Source of the DNA: Octopus vulgaris
Taxonomy: Eukaryota
NCBI GenBank assembly: GCA_951406725.2
Contig: OX597825.1
Coordinates: 66,588,001 to 66,652,000 of the forward strand
DNA length: 64,000 nt
Direction: 5' to 3'
Of this stretch, positions 40,973 through 54,681 are shown in pieces. The position numbers were made by a program, and so were the translations under genes. A model generated the notes under the pieces. That model made no database searches, had not been told where the DNA came from, and saw only the letters and a program-made list of their open reading frames with translations. Numbering within the stretch: the stretch's first letter is position 1; each line of letters begins with the position of its first letter.

Positions 40973-41123
40973 ATGGCCAAGACGATAGACGGAAAAAAAG
41001 TTAATGTCGATTTGATAATTAGGGAACTTAAGCACAATGGTCGTTACAATCTTATCCAATTAATTATATTATCGCTCAATATGTTGTCGCAACCGGCGAA
41101 TATTCTTGCCATCCTCTTCATAG
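40973..41123 (+). CDS. SLC22-family organic cation/anion transporter, coding exon 1
   Basis: MAKTIDGKKVNVDLIIRELKHNGRYNLIQLIIL..ILFI-G; donor GTAAGT at 41124; phase 1 matches the next exon. Confidence 0.8.
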
Positions 41124-41204
41124 GTAAGTTGTTTATAAAAATTCTTATTCTATGTTTTTTTTCGTATTTTTGCTTTTTGCTTTTTATTAATATTGTCCCT
41201 CTTC

Positions 41205-42261
41205 ATTATCATCATCATCATCATCATCATCATTATCATCATCTTCACCCTCATCATCTTTATCATCATCATCATCGTCATCATCATCATCATCATCATC
41301 GTCGTCGTCATCATCATCATCATCATCGCCGTCGTCATCGTCATCATCATCATCATTATCGTCGTCATCGCCGTCATCATCGTCGTCATCATCATCATCA
41401 TCATCATCGTCGTCGTCATCATTATCGTCGTCATCGTCGTCGTCGTCGTTGTCATCATCATCATCACCATGCCCATACTATCACCTTCTTCTTCTTCTAT
41501 TATTCTTCACCTTCCTCCTCATCAACATCAGCTTCGTCATTATGTTGCTGTTGTTGTTGTTGTTGTTGTTGTTCTTCTTCTTCTTCTTCTTCTTCTTCTT
41601 CTTCTTCTTCGTCTTCTTCTTCTTCGTAGTATCGTCGTCATTATCATCATCGTCATCTTCTTCGTCTTCATCTTCCTCCTCCTCCTTCACACCCCACGGA
41701 GCCTGTATGTGTGGTTAAACAACAGTAATAACAACATTATTCTGAGAACTTGTTTCATGCTAATATTCCGTTCACTTGCAAATGTATCACCGGCAGCTGA
41801 GAGAAGGGGGAGGGAGCGGGGAGGGAGAAAGAGAGAAAGAAACCAAAAAAAGCAAGCGTGAGACTGGAAGAGAGAGAGAGAGAGGGAGAGAGAGAGAGAG
41901 AGGGAGAGAGAGAGAAAAGAGAATGAGAGAGAGAGAGAGGGAGAAAAGGAAAGAGAGAGAAAGGGAAGGAGAGAGAGAAAGAGAGAGAGAGAAATCAAGA
42001 GAGAGTGAGTGGAAGAAAGAAAAGGAGTGAGAAAAAAGTAAGAGTGAAAGAGAGAGAGAGAGTGTGTGAGAGAGAGGAACAAAAGAGAGTGAGAGAGAGA
42101 GACAGGAAGAAAAGGAAAGGAAAGAGAGAGAGGGAAGGAGAGAGAGAGAAAAAAGAGAAAGAAAACACGAGAGAGTGAGTGGAAGAAAGAAAAGGAAAAA
42201 AGAGTGTGAGTGAGTGAATGAGTGAACGAGCGATAGTGAGTGCGAATGAAAGAGAGTGAAA

Positions 42262-42310
<49 letters not shown>
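41205..42310. repeat. compound trinucleotide array (CAT/CGT/GTT/CTT) followed by a ~500-bp GA-rich purine tract in intron 1
   Basis: Read directly. Confidence 0.9.
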
Positions 42311-42951
42311 GAATGTGGTATAAGTGTAGATGCACTCACCGTCTGTTAACGGTTAAGTAAATTTGTTCTCGTTAGCATTCGGCGCATTAAGCAGATGTTA
42401 CACCGCATCTTTAGCTTCTCTCTTCTCTCGTTGACAGCGAGGAATAGTCATTGCTTTCACCTATACACGTGTGAAGCCAACACCGAGCCATGAGATCCCG
42501 CATTTTTGCCTTTTTGTTGTTGTTTTTATTTTTGCATATTTGGTAACGTATTGTATCCGGAATGTCGTAAAGAATGGTACACAATTCTTCCGGTAGCATT
42601 TGCTTACTTTAAACTCCGCCGATTTGCACCAATACAGTCCAGCAATCGTATAAAGCCGACACTTGCTTTCGGACGAACGGTAAAACTCATATACATTAAA
42701 TTCGTATGCACCGCTTTTGACTATAAGTGGAATTAAAGAGACCGCATAAAACCGAATGAAGTGTCGGTCTCGTCTGTGCGAGAACGCAGATGTGTTGAGC
42801 GGAATCTTGAATTCCCAAACATCACCAAAATCTTGATCCAACAGGAATATTTAATCCTAAGCAAACGCTTTGTCTGAGTACAGGTTCTGTTACACATACG
42901 CTCTATGCGACTTGCTGTCAACTTAGGGGTAGATGGTAGACATGTACTAGC

Positions 42952-43178
42952 GGCGAGCTGGCAGAAACGCTAGCGCGCCGGGCGAAATGCGTAGCCGTAT
43001 TCGTCTGCCGTTACGTTGTGAGTTCAAATTCCGCCGAGGTCGACTTTACCTTTCATCCTTTCGGGGTCGATAAATTAAGTACCAGTTACGCACTGGGGTC
43101 GATGTAATCGACTTAATACCTATGTCTGTCGTTGTTTGTCCCCTCTATGTTTAGCCCCTTGTAGGTAATAAAGAAATA
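42952..43178 (+). mobile_element. young SINE A with 17-bp TSD
   Basis: GGTAGACATGTACTAGC on both flanks (42935 and 43179). Confidence 0.92.
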
Positions 43179-44187
43179 GGTAGACATGTACTAGCTCGTG
43201 GGCTCAAAATCATTATGGATCCAGATTTTCGACGACTGGGAATAGATGAAAATTTCGCTATATTACACGATCTTAATTTATCGTGTTTACAAGGTGGCGA
43301 GCCGGAAGTACCGGTAGCACACTGGGGGAAAAACTTCGCAGCCTATCTGCTGTTTTTAGGTTCTGAGTTCAAAATTTGTCGAAGTCCATTTTGCATTCAG
43401 GCCTTTCAAGGTTAGGCCGATAAAATAATTACCAGTTGAGAACTGGATCAGATATAATCACTAGATCAAAGATAAGACACTTACAGTATGATGAATAACA
43501 TTTCATTCGTATATGTCATCTCGGACTTGTATTTCAAATTCGTTTTACAATTACAATGAAGGAAAAATAAAGAGTTGAAAGTTGTTGACATCATAAGAAT
43601 TTAGAAAGTTCGAGAGAACGTGAAACAATTCGGTTTTGAAAACAGTGGATCTTGATGCAGATAAAGCTATAAATAATATTGAGTTAATGTTTCAGCCAAC
43701 CCTTTGGATAGAAAAAGTCTAAGGAACCCGTGGGACACGAACTAACATCTGTAAACACATGAGACGTTCTACCCTTCAAAGGCAGAACAACTCTTCGAAT
43801 TTCTTAATCTATTTTAGAAACTTTATTCTTATCAGTGATAATTATATGTTCTTGTCATCATAATAAATTCTAAACTTTTATCGAAAACCCTTACTCCCTT
43901 TAATTTACAGCTTTATCAACTCCGAGATCCATCGTTTCAGCAAAAATTTGAATGTGTTGTTTTATTGAAGGTTTAGAAATATGCGAAATCATTTCTTGCA
44001 GTGAGCTGGCAGAATGGTTAGCACACCGGGAAAATGCTTAGCGGCATTTCGTCCGGGATACAAACTCGAGTCTTTTTTTAATTTTTTACCAGTGTTCCAA
44101 TGGAGTCCGTTCATGCCCTTCAGATTTACACTTCAGATTTCTGAGACATTGCACATACACTCAGAGATACAAGTGCACGCGTGCACG

Positions 44188-44319
<132 letters not shown>

Positions 44320-44640
44320 ATTAGAAGTATTTCTTTAACATATTTTGTGTTGTGTTAGTATATATGTAGGTCGAATTTAAAGTTAAGGAATTCAGGTTTA
44401 GAAAGTAGGGCGTTAAACACAGTATCCAAATCCCTCAGGGTAAGTCCCATGTAATGTGTCTGCGGAGAACGTTCACCCCTTATGGCTACCAGGCGTCATC
44501 AGCGATACTTTGCACTCGTTGTTGGATCTGCATCCAGATATTCCAGGGTACACGTAGGGTTTGTTTTAAAGATTAATAGAGAAGACGGAGTGAAATAAAA
44601 AGCATTTATTATCCCAGTAATCGTTTCGGCTTCATGATGC

Positions 44641-44764
44641 ACGGCTCACTGAAAAGTTCCTGGCTTTAGGGGTATCACGAAAGGCCTGGTTAGAGACCCA
44701 ACATTCTGAATTCGGTTACAGGGCTTAGAAAAACTGAAGGACCACTGTGTGAATCTGAAGGGAG

Positions 44765-44816
<52 letters not shown>

Positions 44817-45338
44817 GTTTAACGTCCACTTTTCATGCTAGCACGGGTTGGACGGTTCGACTGTGGTCTGGGAAGCCAGGAGGCTGCACCAGGCCCAGTC
44901 TGATCTGGCAGTGTTTCTACAGCTTGATGCCCTTCCTAACGCCAACCATTCCGTGAGTGGAGTGGGTTCTTTTTACGTGCCACCGGCACAGGTGCCAGGT
45001 GAGGCTGGCAACGGCCACGATCGGTTGGTGCTTTTTACGTTCCACCGGTACGGAGGCCAGTCGAAGCTGGCAACGGCCACGATCGGTTGGTGCTTTTTAC
45101 GTGCCACCGGTACGGCGGCCAGTCGAGGTGGTGCTGGCAACGTTCGGATGGTTCTTTTACGTGCCACCGGCACTGGTATCACAACTACAATTTCCATTGA
45201 TTTTTGATCGATTTCGATTTCACTTGCCTCAACAGGTCTTCGCAAGCCTCAACAGGTCTTATAAAATCATGATTAACTGATCCTCCGGTATTTTCTTTTA
45301 CCCAAAGACGAGAACTCTTCGGCACCTTCTCGTGTATA
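44641..45338. mobile_element. mariner-derived MITE with a nested (CAT)n-tailed retroposon at ~44768-45255
   Basis: Outer parts are the reverse complement of 59043-59240. The nested element has ~62-bp internal repeats. Confidence 0.65.
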
Positions 45339-45372
45339 GGTGTATATATATATATATGTGTGTGAGCGTGTG

Positions 45373-45404
<32 letters not shown>

Positions 45405-46530
45405 CGTGTGTGTGTGTGCGTGTGTGTGTGTGTGTGTGTGTGCGTGTGCATGTGTTTTTTGTATACGTTATTAATTACAATCATTTTGTACATCTTAATG
45501 TGGATACATTGTAGACAGTCACAAAACTGGGTATTCGTCTCGAGAAAACATTCCGTATAGACATACAAAAAAAGAAAAGAAAGAAAGAAATCAGAAATTC
45601 ATCAGCAGTAGATTCGAAGTGTGAAGAAGCTATGGTGGAATTGCTAAATCATGATTTCTGTGTTTTTGCACGTCATCAGTACCAACTATCGAGTAACAAC
45701 CGCATGCTTTGTATCTTCTGATAAAACAAATCTAAAAATAGAAGTAATTAACAAATCACATTAAGTATGATATGCAGAATGCTATTTTGAACCAACATTA
45801 CTTCCATCGGTAATAACGAATTTTTCCACCAGACCTGCCAGCTATTTTCGACACCAATGACTTCATCTCCATGTTTTCAATTACTCTTTACTCTTTGTAC
45901 TTGTTTCAGTCATTTGACTGCGGCCATGCTGGAGCACCGCCTTTAGTCGAGCAAATCGACCCCGGGACTTATTCTTTGTAAGCCCGGTACTTATTCTATC
46001 GGTCTCTTTTGCCGAACCGCTAAGTGACGGGCACGTAAACACACCAGCATCGGTTGTCAAGCAATGCTAGAGGGACAAACACAGACACACAAACACATAC
46101 ACACACATACACCTTCGAAACACGCTGGAGTTGAACTAGGGACAGCTGATGAAGGGGATTTTTCCTTGTGTAGTTTGTCTAGTACTCTGTTTTTTCTTTG
46201 TAAATAAGGTTCGTTCCATGCTTGTTTTTACGTTTTCGTTCTCGTTGAGTTCTGCGTCTATTTGTGGTGTCCTGTACTCACGTATATATATTTATATATG
46301 CATGTATATATACATGTAGATGTAGGTACGTACATATATGTATGTATGCATATATTTTATTTATTACACTATTGTATGACTGAGCGCCTTCGCGTCGATT
46401 CGATTCGATTCGTTCCATTTCGTTTCGTTTCGTTTCTTTTTCTCCCAGTACAGTTTATATATATATATATATATATACATACATATATACGACAGGCTTC
46501 TTAAGTCTTTTTTTTTTCTCTTTTATTTAG

Positions 46531-46763
46531 GAATGAAGCCAGATTTTCAATGTCGAGCTTATGATAACAGCAGTATACTACCTAACGAAATCCAAGAACT
46601 GATGAGTTCCAGCAGCAGCAACAATGCTACTTGGTTAGAATACGGCCAGTGTTCGGTTAATGTGATATCAAGTAACACTCTTACGAATTCCACAATTTTG
46701 AGTCTACCCTGTACAAATGGTTATACGTATGTACAACCGAAGAGTAACTCTTTTATCTCCGAG
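46531..46763 (+). CDS. SLC22-family transporter, coding exon 2 (extracellular loop)
   Basis: Polypyrimidine-TAG acceptor; PDFQC..YGQC..LPCTNGYTY..SFISE with N-glycosylation sequons; donor GTAAAT. Confidence 0.9.
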
Positions 46764-47259
46764 GTAAATTTCGTCATTCTTTCACAATATGTAACGTACT
46801 TATTTTTGCAGCAATATTACAAAATTGTGTACTTGCCACACTTCAGCAGCACACATCTAAGATTTCAATAACTCAGTCTTTCATGCTTTGCCATCCGCCG
46901 TTGTTAACAATAATTCTCTCAATTGCTGTTATTTGAGAGTCAGTGCTTAGTTGTACATGCAAATTATTCGGCACCCCCCACATTTTCTTGCACAATTAGG
47001 GGTGGGGTTGGCGATGGGAAAATTCAAGGTAATTTTAGCGTTAAATTTTGCTGGTTGTTGCCGGTACGGACCAATTTTAGTCAGTTGTATTGTAATAGTT
47101 AGTGTGCTTGTTTAATTTTGATCACCAGCGAATGCAACCGATTACTAGTTCTTCCCTCTTGTGCATGCGGAAAATCTTACACCATGTCAGCTAAAGGCTG
47201 GTTCAGTTTTATATATTTATCATTAGACAATTTCTTAGTTAATTAACCAACAAATACAT

Positions 47260-47657
47260 GCGGCGAGCTTGCAGAAACGTTAGCGCGCCCGGCGAAATGC
47301 TTTGCAGTATTTCATCTGCCGTTACGTTCTTAGTTCAAATTCCGCCGAAGTCGACTTTGCCTTTCATCCTTTCGGGGTCGATTAAATAAATACCAGTTAC
47401 GCATTGGAGTCGATATAATCGACTTAATCCGTTTGTCTGTCCTTGTTTGTCTCGTCTGTGTTTAGCCCCTTGTGGTTAGTAAAGAAATAGGTATTTCGTC
47501 TGTCTTTACGTTCTGAGGTCAAATTCCCCCAGGGTCGACTTTGCCTTTCATCCTTTCAGGATCGATAAATTAAATACCAGTTGCGTACTGGGATCGATCT
47601 AATCGGCAGGACCCCTCCCCCAAAATTCGGGCCTTGTGCCTAGAGTAGAAAAGAATA
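47260..47657 (+). mobile_element. dimeric SINE A in intron 2
   Basis: Head, two bodies and the alternative tail GGCCTTGTGCCTAGAGTAGAAAAG. Confidence 0.88.
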
Positions 47658-48479
47658 TTAGACGCATTTTTGCACCACACATATTTTCCTGTCTCAACAA
47701 ATCTCTAATTCCGAGTTCAGCGATCTATATCCTTAATACGCAATGCTACGTTTAAGTCTTTACATACAACAGATTTTGTATCGTCATTGACTAATATACA
47801 TGTGAAATTATTTTAATTACGTCACCAATTAATATCGGAAATGGCATAAATGTCGCAAATTCCAATTACGATTTCTCTTGGGGATATTTGAGAGTAGATA
47901 ATGATTTCTTTTGACTTAGGATTAAGGGAAATTTTACTGATGATAACAACATATACAAATACACACACACACGCATGCATACGTATATATATATATATAT
48001 ATACATATACATGACTTGTCTATACAGTCTGTATAGAGAAAGACTGTATAGACAAGTCATGTATATGTATGCATGTATGAATGTATGATTTTATGTGTAT
48101 GTATGTATGTATGTATGTATGTATGTGTGTGTGCGTATGTATGCATGAGTTTATGTGTATGCATTTATGTATGTATGCATGCATGCATGCACGTATGTAT
48201 GTATATGTATGCATGTATGAATTATGTATGTATGATTTTATGTGTATGTATGTATGTATGTATGTGTGTGTATGTATGTATGTATGTGTGTGTATGTATG
48301 CATGAGTTTATCTGTATGCATTTATGTATCTATGTATGTATGTATGTTGCAAGTATGTATGTATGTATGTATGTATGTATGTATGTATGTATGTATGTAT
48401 GTATGTATGTATGTATGTATGTATGTATGTATGTATGTGTGTGTGTGTATGTATGTATGTAGTACACTAAAAAGGCCGT

Positions 48480-49800
48480 TTCTTTGATAAAATTAAAAAC
48501 CGTTTTAGGGTCTGGATTAACAATTTTTAAACTCAGGTCTCTCAGCATTGCTCCCTTTTTTTTAATGGGATTGATGCAGACTTTTATCACATCTCCAACA
48601 GTGATGTTTTCAGGCGGTATAGTTTACTATTTTTGAGATGTTTGTTCAGGTGGCTTGCAATGTTATCCGTCGTCTCATAAGAGTTTTCCTATCTTTGGAG
48701 ATCTCGTTCTTCTGTGTATTGGCTTTGAGCTCTGGGACAGATTTGCATTACAGACATGAAATGTTTGAGTTTCTTGTCAATGTCTTATGTGGAGAGATAT
48801 TGGGTTATCCGGAAAGTTCGTGCCGATTTTTAAAGGAAAGAAAAAGATCAATAAATACTTGCAATTACATTTTTAACCAACCAAATATGAATCATTTTGT
48901 TGCACAATGCGTCTCCATCTTTCCTTTAACTTGAAAATACCCTCTTCCCAGAATTGAGGTGGTTTCATGTCAAAGAATTCATCAAGGTATCTTTTCACGT
49001 CAGCCAAGGAATTGAAATTTTTTACCATTAAGACTATTCTGCAGAGACCTGAATAAGTGGAAATCCGAAGGAGCAATATCTGGGGAATATGGAGGGTAGG
49101 GTAACACATCCCAGTCAAGCTGCAGCAATTTTTGTCTGGTTCCGAAAGCATCAAGTGCCGAAAATGAACTTTCTTATCTTCCATTTTGAAGGGTTACAAA
49201 ATTAACACAGGTCATAGGAACATAAACCTTCTTTCACGAAAAGATAGCTTAAACTGTGCTCTAAATGGAGGTGTAGTCAAATCCTATTTTATGGACCCAA
49301 CTATGTTCTAAAATAAGTCGAAAGGTAAGCTGCTCTAAATAAGCACGAACTTTCCGGACAACCCAATATTTAGGCCAATCCTATTCTTTCTGAATCGATT
49401 TCCATTTTGCTTTATGAAAGTTCAAACTGGAGAGATTACGGGTGCTTTTAGTCCATATATGATCAGCTCTGTAATGATGTGATCCGAAACTAGTATCAGT
49501 GCCACTTTCACAATATGGATATCTATGTTGCTTGTAAAGTAGACACTCAGTATATTAATTGCAGTTGATGGTTAGAACATAAGTTGCTCCTGTGCTTGTT
49601 GGCTGTGTGTCATTCTTGAGAGCATGAGGCCCTCGTACCATTTCACGTTAGGGAAGTTGAAGACTGATGCGTTGTTCCAGCTTGGTAAGAACTTCTATCT
49701 TTGCAAGGCAGTTTTTTGATTTTCCTGTGTGATTTGGAGCATCTGGTGGGCGATATGTAGTGCATAAAACAATATCAAGTTGTCTTATGTGTACAATTTG
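48480..49800 (-). mobile_element. old LINE fragment (APE endonuclease region) split by the mariner insertion
   Basis: LDIVLCTTYRPPDAP and FNFPN/SDH-like remnants on the minus strand. Confidence 0.55.
48800..49366 (-). mobile_element. internally deleted mariner transposon
   Basis: TIRs TTGGGTTATCCGGAAAGTTCGTGC / GCACGAACTTTCCGGACAACCCAA with TA TSD. N-terminus MEDKKVHFRH is joined to YSPDIAPSDFHLF and FWEEGIFKLKERW. Confidence 0.93.
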
Positions 49801-50068
49801 AGTATACACAAAAATACACACACAGACACAGAAAGGCAGAAAAACACACACACACACATCAATACACACATCTACATGCATACATAAATTCATACATACA
49901 TAGTATAAAGATGAGAAAGACATACAAATAAATAGGCATATTTACATATGTGTGTATATATGAATGCATGTATGCATGCATTTATGTATGTATGCATGCA
50001 TGTAAGTATGTATGTATGCATGTAAGTATATATGTATGTATATGCCTATCTATCTATCTATCTATCTT

Positions 50069-50109
<41 letters not shown>

Positions 50110-50114
50110 TTAAC

Positions 50115-50186
<72 letters not shown>

Positions 50187-50467
50187 AATAATATATAAAC
50201 ATATGATTATATATACATACATATATGTACATACCTACATCTATATGTATATATACATGCATACATGGGCACAGGACATCAAAACAAGCGTTGAACACAA
50301 TGAGAAACGAAAACATAAAAACAAAAGCATCGAAACGAACTTTTTTTCAGACAACGAAAAAACAGAGTACAAGACATACAACACACGGAATATTCCCCTT
50401 CTTCAGTTGTCCCTGTTTCGTCTGCTCCGCGACTTGACCTGAGATCGTGTGCTGAAGCAAAAAACTT

Positions 50468-50579
50468 TGTAGCGTGGGAGATCTTTATAAGCCATTTAAG
50501 AACACACACACACACACAAAAACATTTAAGAATACATACTCACACACACACACAAAAAAAAAACATTTAAGAATACATA

Positions 50580-50614
<35 letters not shown>

Positions 50615-50855
50615 GCACACACACACACACGCACACGCACGCACACGCACACACACACGCACACACACACACACGCACGCACACACACACACACGCACAC
50701 GCACGCACACGCACACACACACACAAAAAAACATTTAAGAATACATACTCACACACACACACACACAAAAAAACATTTAAGAATACATACTCACACACAC
50801 ACACACACACACACACGCACGCACACACACACACACACACACGCACACACACACA

Positions 50856-50915
<60 letters not shown>

Positions 50916-51050
50916 AGCAAGTTTTGTTAGGGAACAGGTCGTGGTTTGAAAACGACGAAAATATTTTGATACAAATTAAATTTAAATGTCGAAGTGGATC
51001 TAATGTCTTTTTGTTTTCTTAAATGGCTTATAAACATTTTCCACGCTGCA
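50468..51050. mobile_element. putative MITE with an internal (CA)n minisatellite
   Basis: Imperfect terminal IRs GTAGCGTGG..TTTATAAGCCATTTAAGAA / TTCTTAAATGGCTTATAAA..CCACGCTGC. Confidence 0.65.
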
Positions 51051-51513
51051 ATTGTCTTTGTGTGTGTCTGTGTGTGTGTGTATATACATACAAAGGCAAA
51101 CACAAAAACATAAAAAATACAGACGTATGAATAAATGAATTCGAATATGATAAAAGAAATAAGGGTTGAAATGAATAAGATAAATAACTAAATGAATAAA
51201 AGAAGAATGAATGAGAGAAGAGATGAAAGAAGAAAGAGAAGTAAGGAAGGAAGAACTGTTAATTCAATCAAGAAGGGCAACGACCACCCTGTAGTTTATT
51301 TCCGCTTTAGAATGGCAGCTGCATGTGTCCTCGACCTTGACTTGATGGTGATGATGATGATGGTGATGGTGGTGGTGATGATGATGATGATGATGATGAT
51401 AGTGGTTGTTGTTGTTGTTATGGTGGTGGTGGTGTTGTTGGTGGCGGTGATGATGATGATGACGATGACGACAATTATGAAGCTGCTGCTTTGGCTGCTG
51501 CTGTTCATGATGA

Positions 51514-51547
<34 letters not shown>

Positions 51548-52494
51548 GGAGATGAGGATGATGGTTATAACGATGATGATGATGGTAATAACGGTGATGG
51601 TGGGGATGATGATGGTTGTGGCTGTGATGGTAGTAGTAGTAGTAGTGATGTCAACGACGACAACGACGACGATAAGAATGACGATAATTGTGATGATGAT
51701 GATGATGATGATGATGAAGGCGGTGGTGGTGGTGAAAGTGGAGGTAGTGGTGGCGGTGGTGGTAGTATTCACGATAACCGTGGGTATGAAACTCGTATAG
51801 GATAAGGACAATCATTTCTTGTACGGGATTTAAAGCAGGCAATTTAAAATTTTCAAATACTTGTTGTTGTTGTTGTTGTTGTTGTCGATGTTGTTTAGCC
51901 CTTGGTCAGACAGGATCGAGACGATAAATGATCAAACTAATGTTCCATCTTTTTTCAGTAGAAACAGTGTACTTAGGTTTTACATTATCCAATGGCCTTT
52001 CTGTACATACACTATTGAGAAATCTGCAGTTACTCTATCCCGATTACAAGTTCGGGCTTATACATGTAATTATAGGGTCACTGGGATATGTAATACACTG
52101 CCTCAGAAATTACCCATCCTGAGAAATTAGGCTTCTCAAAACCAGAAAGGAGAAAGCCAATTCGAAGACTACAGATCCAATTCATCACTGGAACTGTAAA
52201 TATCTGTAAAAGTTTAGCATTTAAATACATATGAGCATGTTTGGATATACAACTATGTGCATGAGAATACGTACATAAAGCAAAACACACAAATCTGCAC
52301 ATATACATACATACAAACAAAAATACACACAAGCACACACACATAAATTTATATACATACATATATGTATGTATATATGCATGTGTGTATATGTGCTTGT
52401 GTGTTCATTTAATAATATAGATGAATAAGCAACCAAATTTGTAACATTGCCTACGAGGATCAAACACCGCTTCTACTGTAAAACGTATAGCTGT

Positions 52495-53306
52495 GGTGTA
52501 TGTATGTATGTATGTATGTATGTATGTATGTATGTATGTATGTATGTATGCATGTATGTATGTATGTATGTATGTATGTATGCATGTATGTGTGTATGTA
52601 TGTATGTATGTATGTATGTATTTATTTATGTATGTATGTATGCATGTATGTATGTATGTATGTATGTATGTATGTATGTATGTATGTATGTATGTATGTA
52701 TGTATGTATGTATGTATGTATGTATGTATGTATGTATGTATTTATGTATGTATGTATGTATGTATGTATGTATGTATTTATGTATGTATGTATGTATGTA
52801 TTTATGTATGTATGTATGTATGTATGTATGCATGTATTTATGTATGTATGTATGTATGTATGTATGCATGCATGTATGTCATTGTTCAGTTTTATTTCAA
52901 GATTTCTTGCCAATAGAGAAAGAACCGTTTTTAAACCTAGATTCAAGGTGCCTTCATTGGAATTTCAACATCAACAACACTATGTATGTATGTATGTATG
53001 TATGTATGTATGTATGTATGTATGTATGTATGTATGTATGTATGTATGTATGTATGTATGTATTTATGTATGTATGTATGTATGTATGTATGCATGTATT
53101 TATGTATGTATGTATGTATGTATGTATGTATGTATGCATGCATGTATGTCATTGTTCAGTTTTATTTCAAGATTTCTTGCCAATAGAGAAAGAACCGTTT
53201 TTAAACCTAGATTCAAGGTGCCTTCATTGGAATTTCAACATCAACAACACTATGTATGTATGTATGTATGTATGTATGTATGTATGTATGTATGTATGTC
53301 TGTATG

Positions 53307-53336
<30 letters not shown>
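52495..53336. repeat. (TATG)n array containing an exact duplicated ~110-bp unique segment
   Basis: 52871-52980 equals 53141-53250. Confidence 0.95.
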
Positions 53337-53339
<3 letters not shown>

Positions 53340-53770
53340 GGATATGCATATAATTATTGGAGCAGTAATAATTGTAAAATACCAGATTTAAATGTATTAT
53401 TTAGCTACGTCAACCAGTTGCCTAATCTTCCCTTAATCCATTAGTAATTGGTAAAATAATTATCAAAGATGTATTGAAGGGAATTAATCTGACTAAATTT
53501 CTCTCCCCTGAGATATTTGAAGTCGTAATCAACGTAAGAAGTCCATATTAGTATAAAATATTATTTAAAAATTAATTTGTTGTCTAAACGTACGTCATTG
53601 CAATAGAAACACCTCGTCTCGTATTGTAGAGGCATTGATTTATTATCCTCAGGTTACTAAATTTTGTTTATCATTCTATGCTTTTTATGTGTTATAAAAA
53701 TAAGAATATATGATAGATCGCTAGCCACTACACATTCTTAATTTTCTCTCCTTGTTTTTTTACTGTGTTC

Positions 53771-53806
53771 CTTTCTGAGAAAGAGCGTAGGCTCGAAACG
53801 TTAAAG
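53771..53806 (+). ncRNA. minimal hammerhead-like motif with core variant
   Basis: cttt-CTGAGAA-a-gagc-gtag-gctc-GAAAC-GTT-aaag. A further degenerate copy lies at ~56212-56247. Confidence 0.5.
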
Positions 53807-54429
53807 ACTTTTTCACGTCCTGAGCGTTATACTAGTACATCTGTTTATTGTCTACACCACCTGTCATCGCCTTTTGTTTTGTTTTGTTTTGTTTTTTGTG
53901 AATTCTCCCTATAAAAAAAGCCTTGTTAAAGCGAAATATTATATTCCATTTTGAACCGATGCCAATACCGGATTTCTATTAATTTCATTGATACCTTACC
54001 TTCTTAAGTAACCGACGCCAACATGTGCATTGTAGTCTCTTTGAAGGACAAATGACTCGGTTTTAACTCCATCTAAAGCTGCACCTAGAGGTATCCATAA
54101 CACAATTCAACTGTTAAGGATTGTAAGTATTTCCACAATGGTCTGCACAGGCAAGGTCAATACCATATTTGAATAGTGAATTATTAAGAAAAAAATTGAC
54201 CCCCTTCCTTTAAAATTTGCACTTAGATCTTAAAAATCAACCCAATTAATTAAAATCTCTCTGATCTACTCTCGTCTCTAACTCACATCGCTGTCATTTA
54301 TAAAATGTTTGTCTCATAAATGCCCTCAACTCTAATATTCATGATATAACATAAAAGCATTTCCTTCCGCTGATTCTTCAAATTTCATCATGAAAAATAT
54401 CATAATTTTTTTTACCATCTTTGTTATAG

Positions 54430-54660
54430 TGGGATTTAGTCTGCGGGAAGAGAGCATTTGGTGCCCTTTCACAGACAATACTGGTGATTGGTATGACAGT
54501 TGGAGCGTTTGTAATACCATATTTCGCAGACCGTTGTGGCCGGCGACCAGTAATTATATTCTGCCAAGCAGCTATCTGGGTCTGTTCATTTGCTGTGGTC
54601 TTCATTCCATCACTGGTTCCATTCCTGGTACTGCGATTTTTCATTGGATGCTTCGAGCAG
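54430..54660 (+). CDS. SLC22-family transporter, coding exon 3
   Basis: WDLVC..GMTVGAFVIPYFADRCGRRP (MFS motif A)..LRFFIG; TAG acceptor, GTAACT donor; phase 0-0. Confidence 0.93.
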
Positions 54661-54681
54661 GTAACTAAACACTATTTTATT

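Noticed and set aside
41124-41861. Poly-His/poly-Ile extension of the ORF starting at 40973
   Set aside because: Read-through past a consensus GTAAGT donor into intronic trinucleotide repeats.
44460-44640. Minus-strand CTGATGA and GAAAC words
   Set aside because: Cannot be folded into a consistent hammerhead.
44960-45175. CRISPR-like repeat/spacer pattern
   Set aside because: The spacers are homologous to each other, the context is eukaryotic and there are no cas genes.
51192-51842. Met/Val-rich, Asp/Gly-rich and His-rich ORFs
   Set aside because: Degenerate (GAT/GGT)n array in intron 2, with no splice or homology support.
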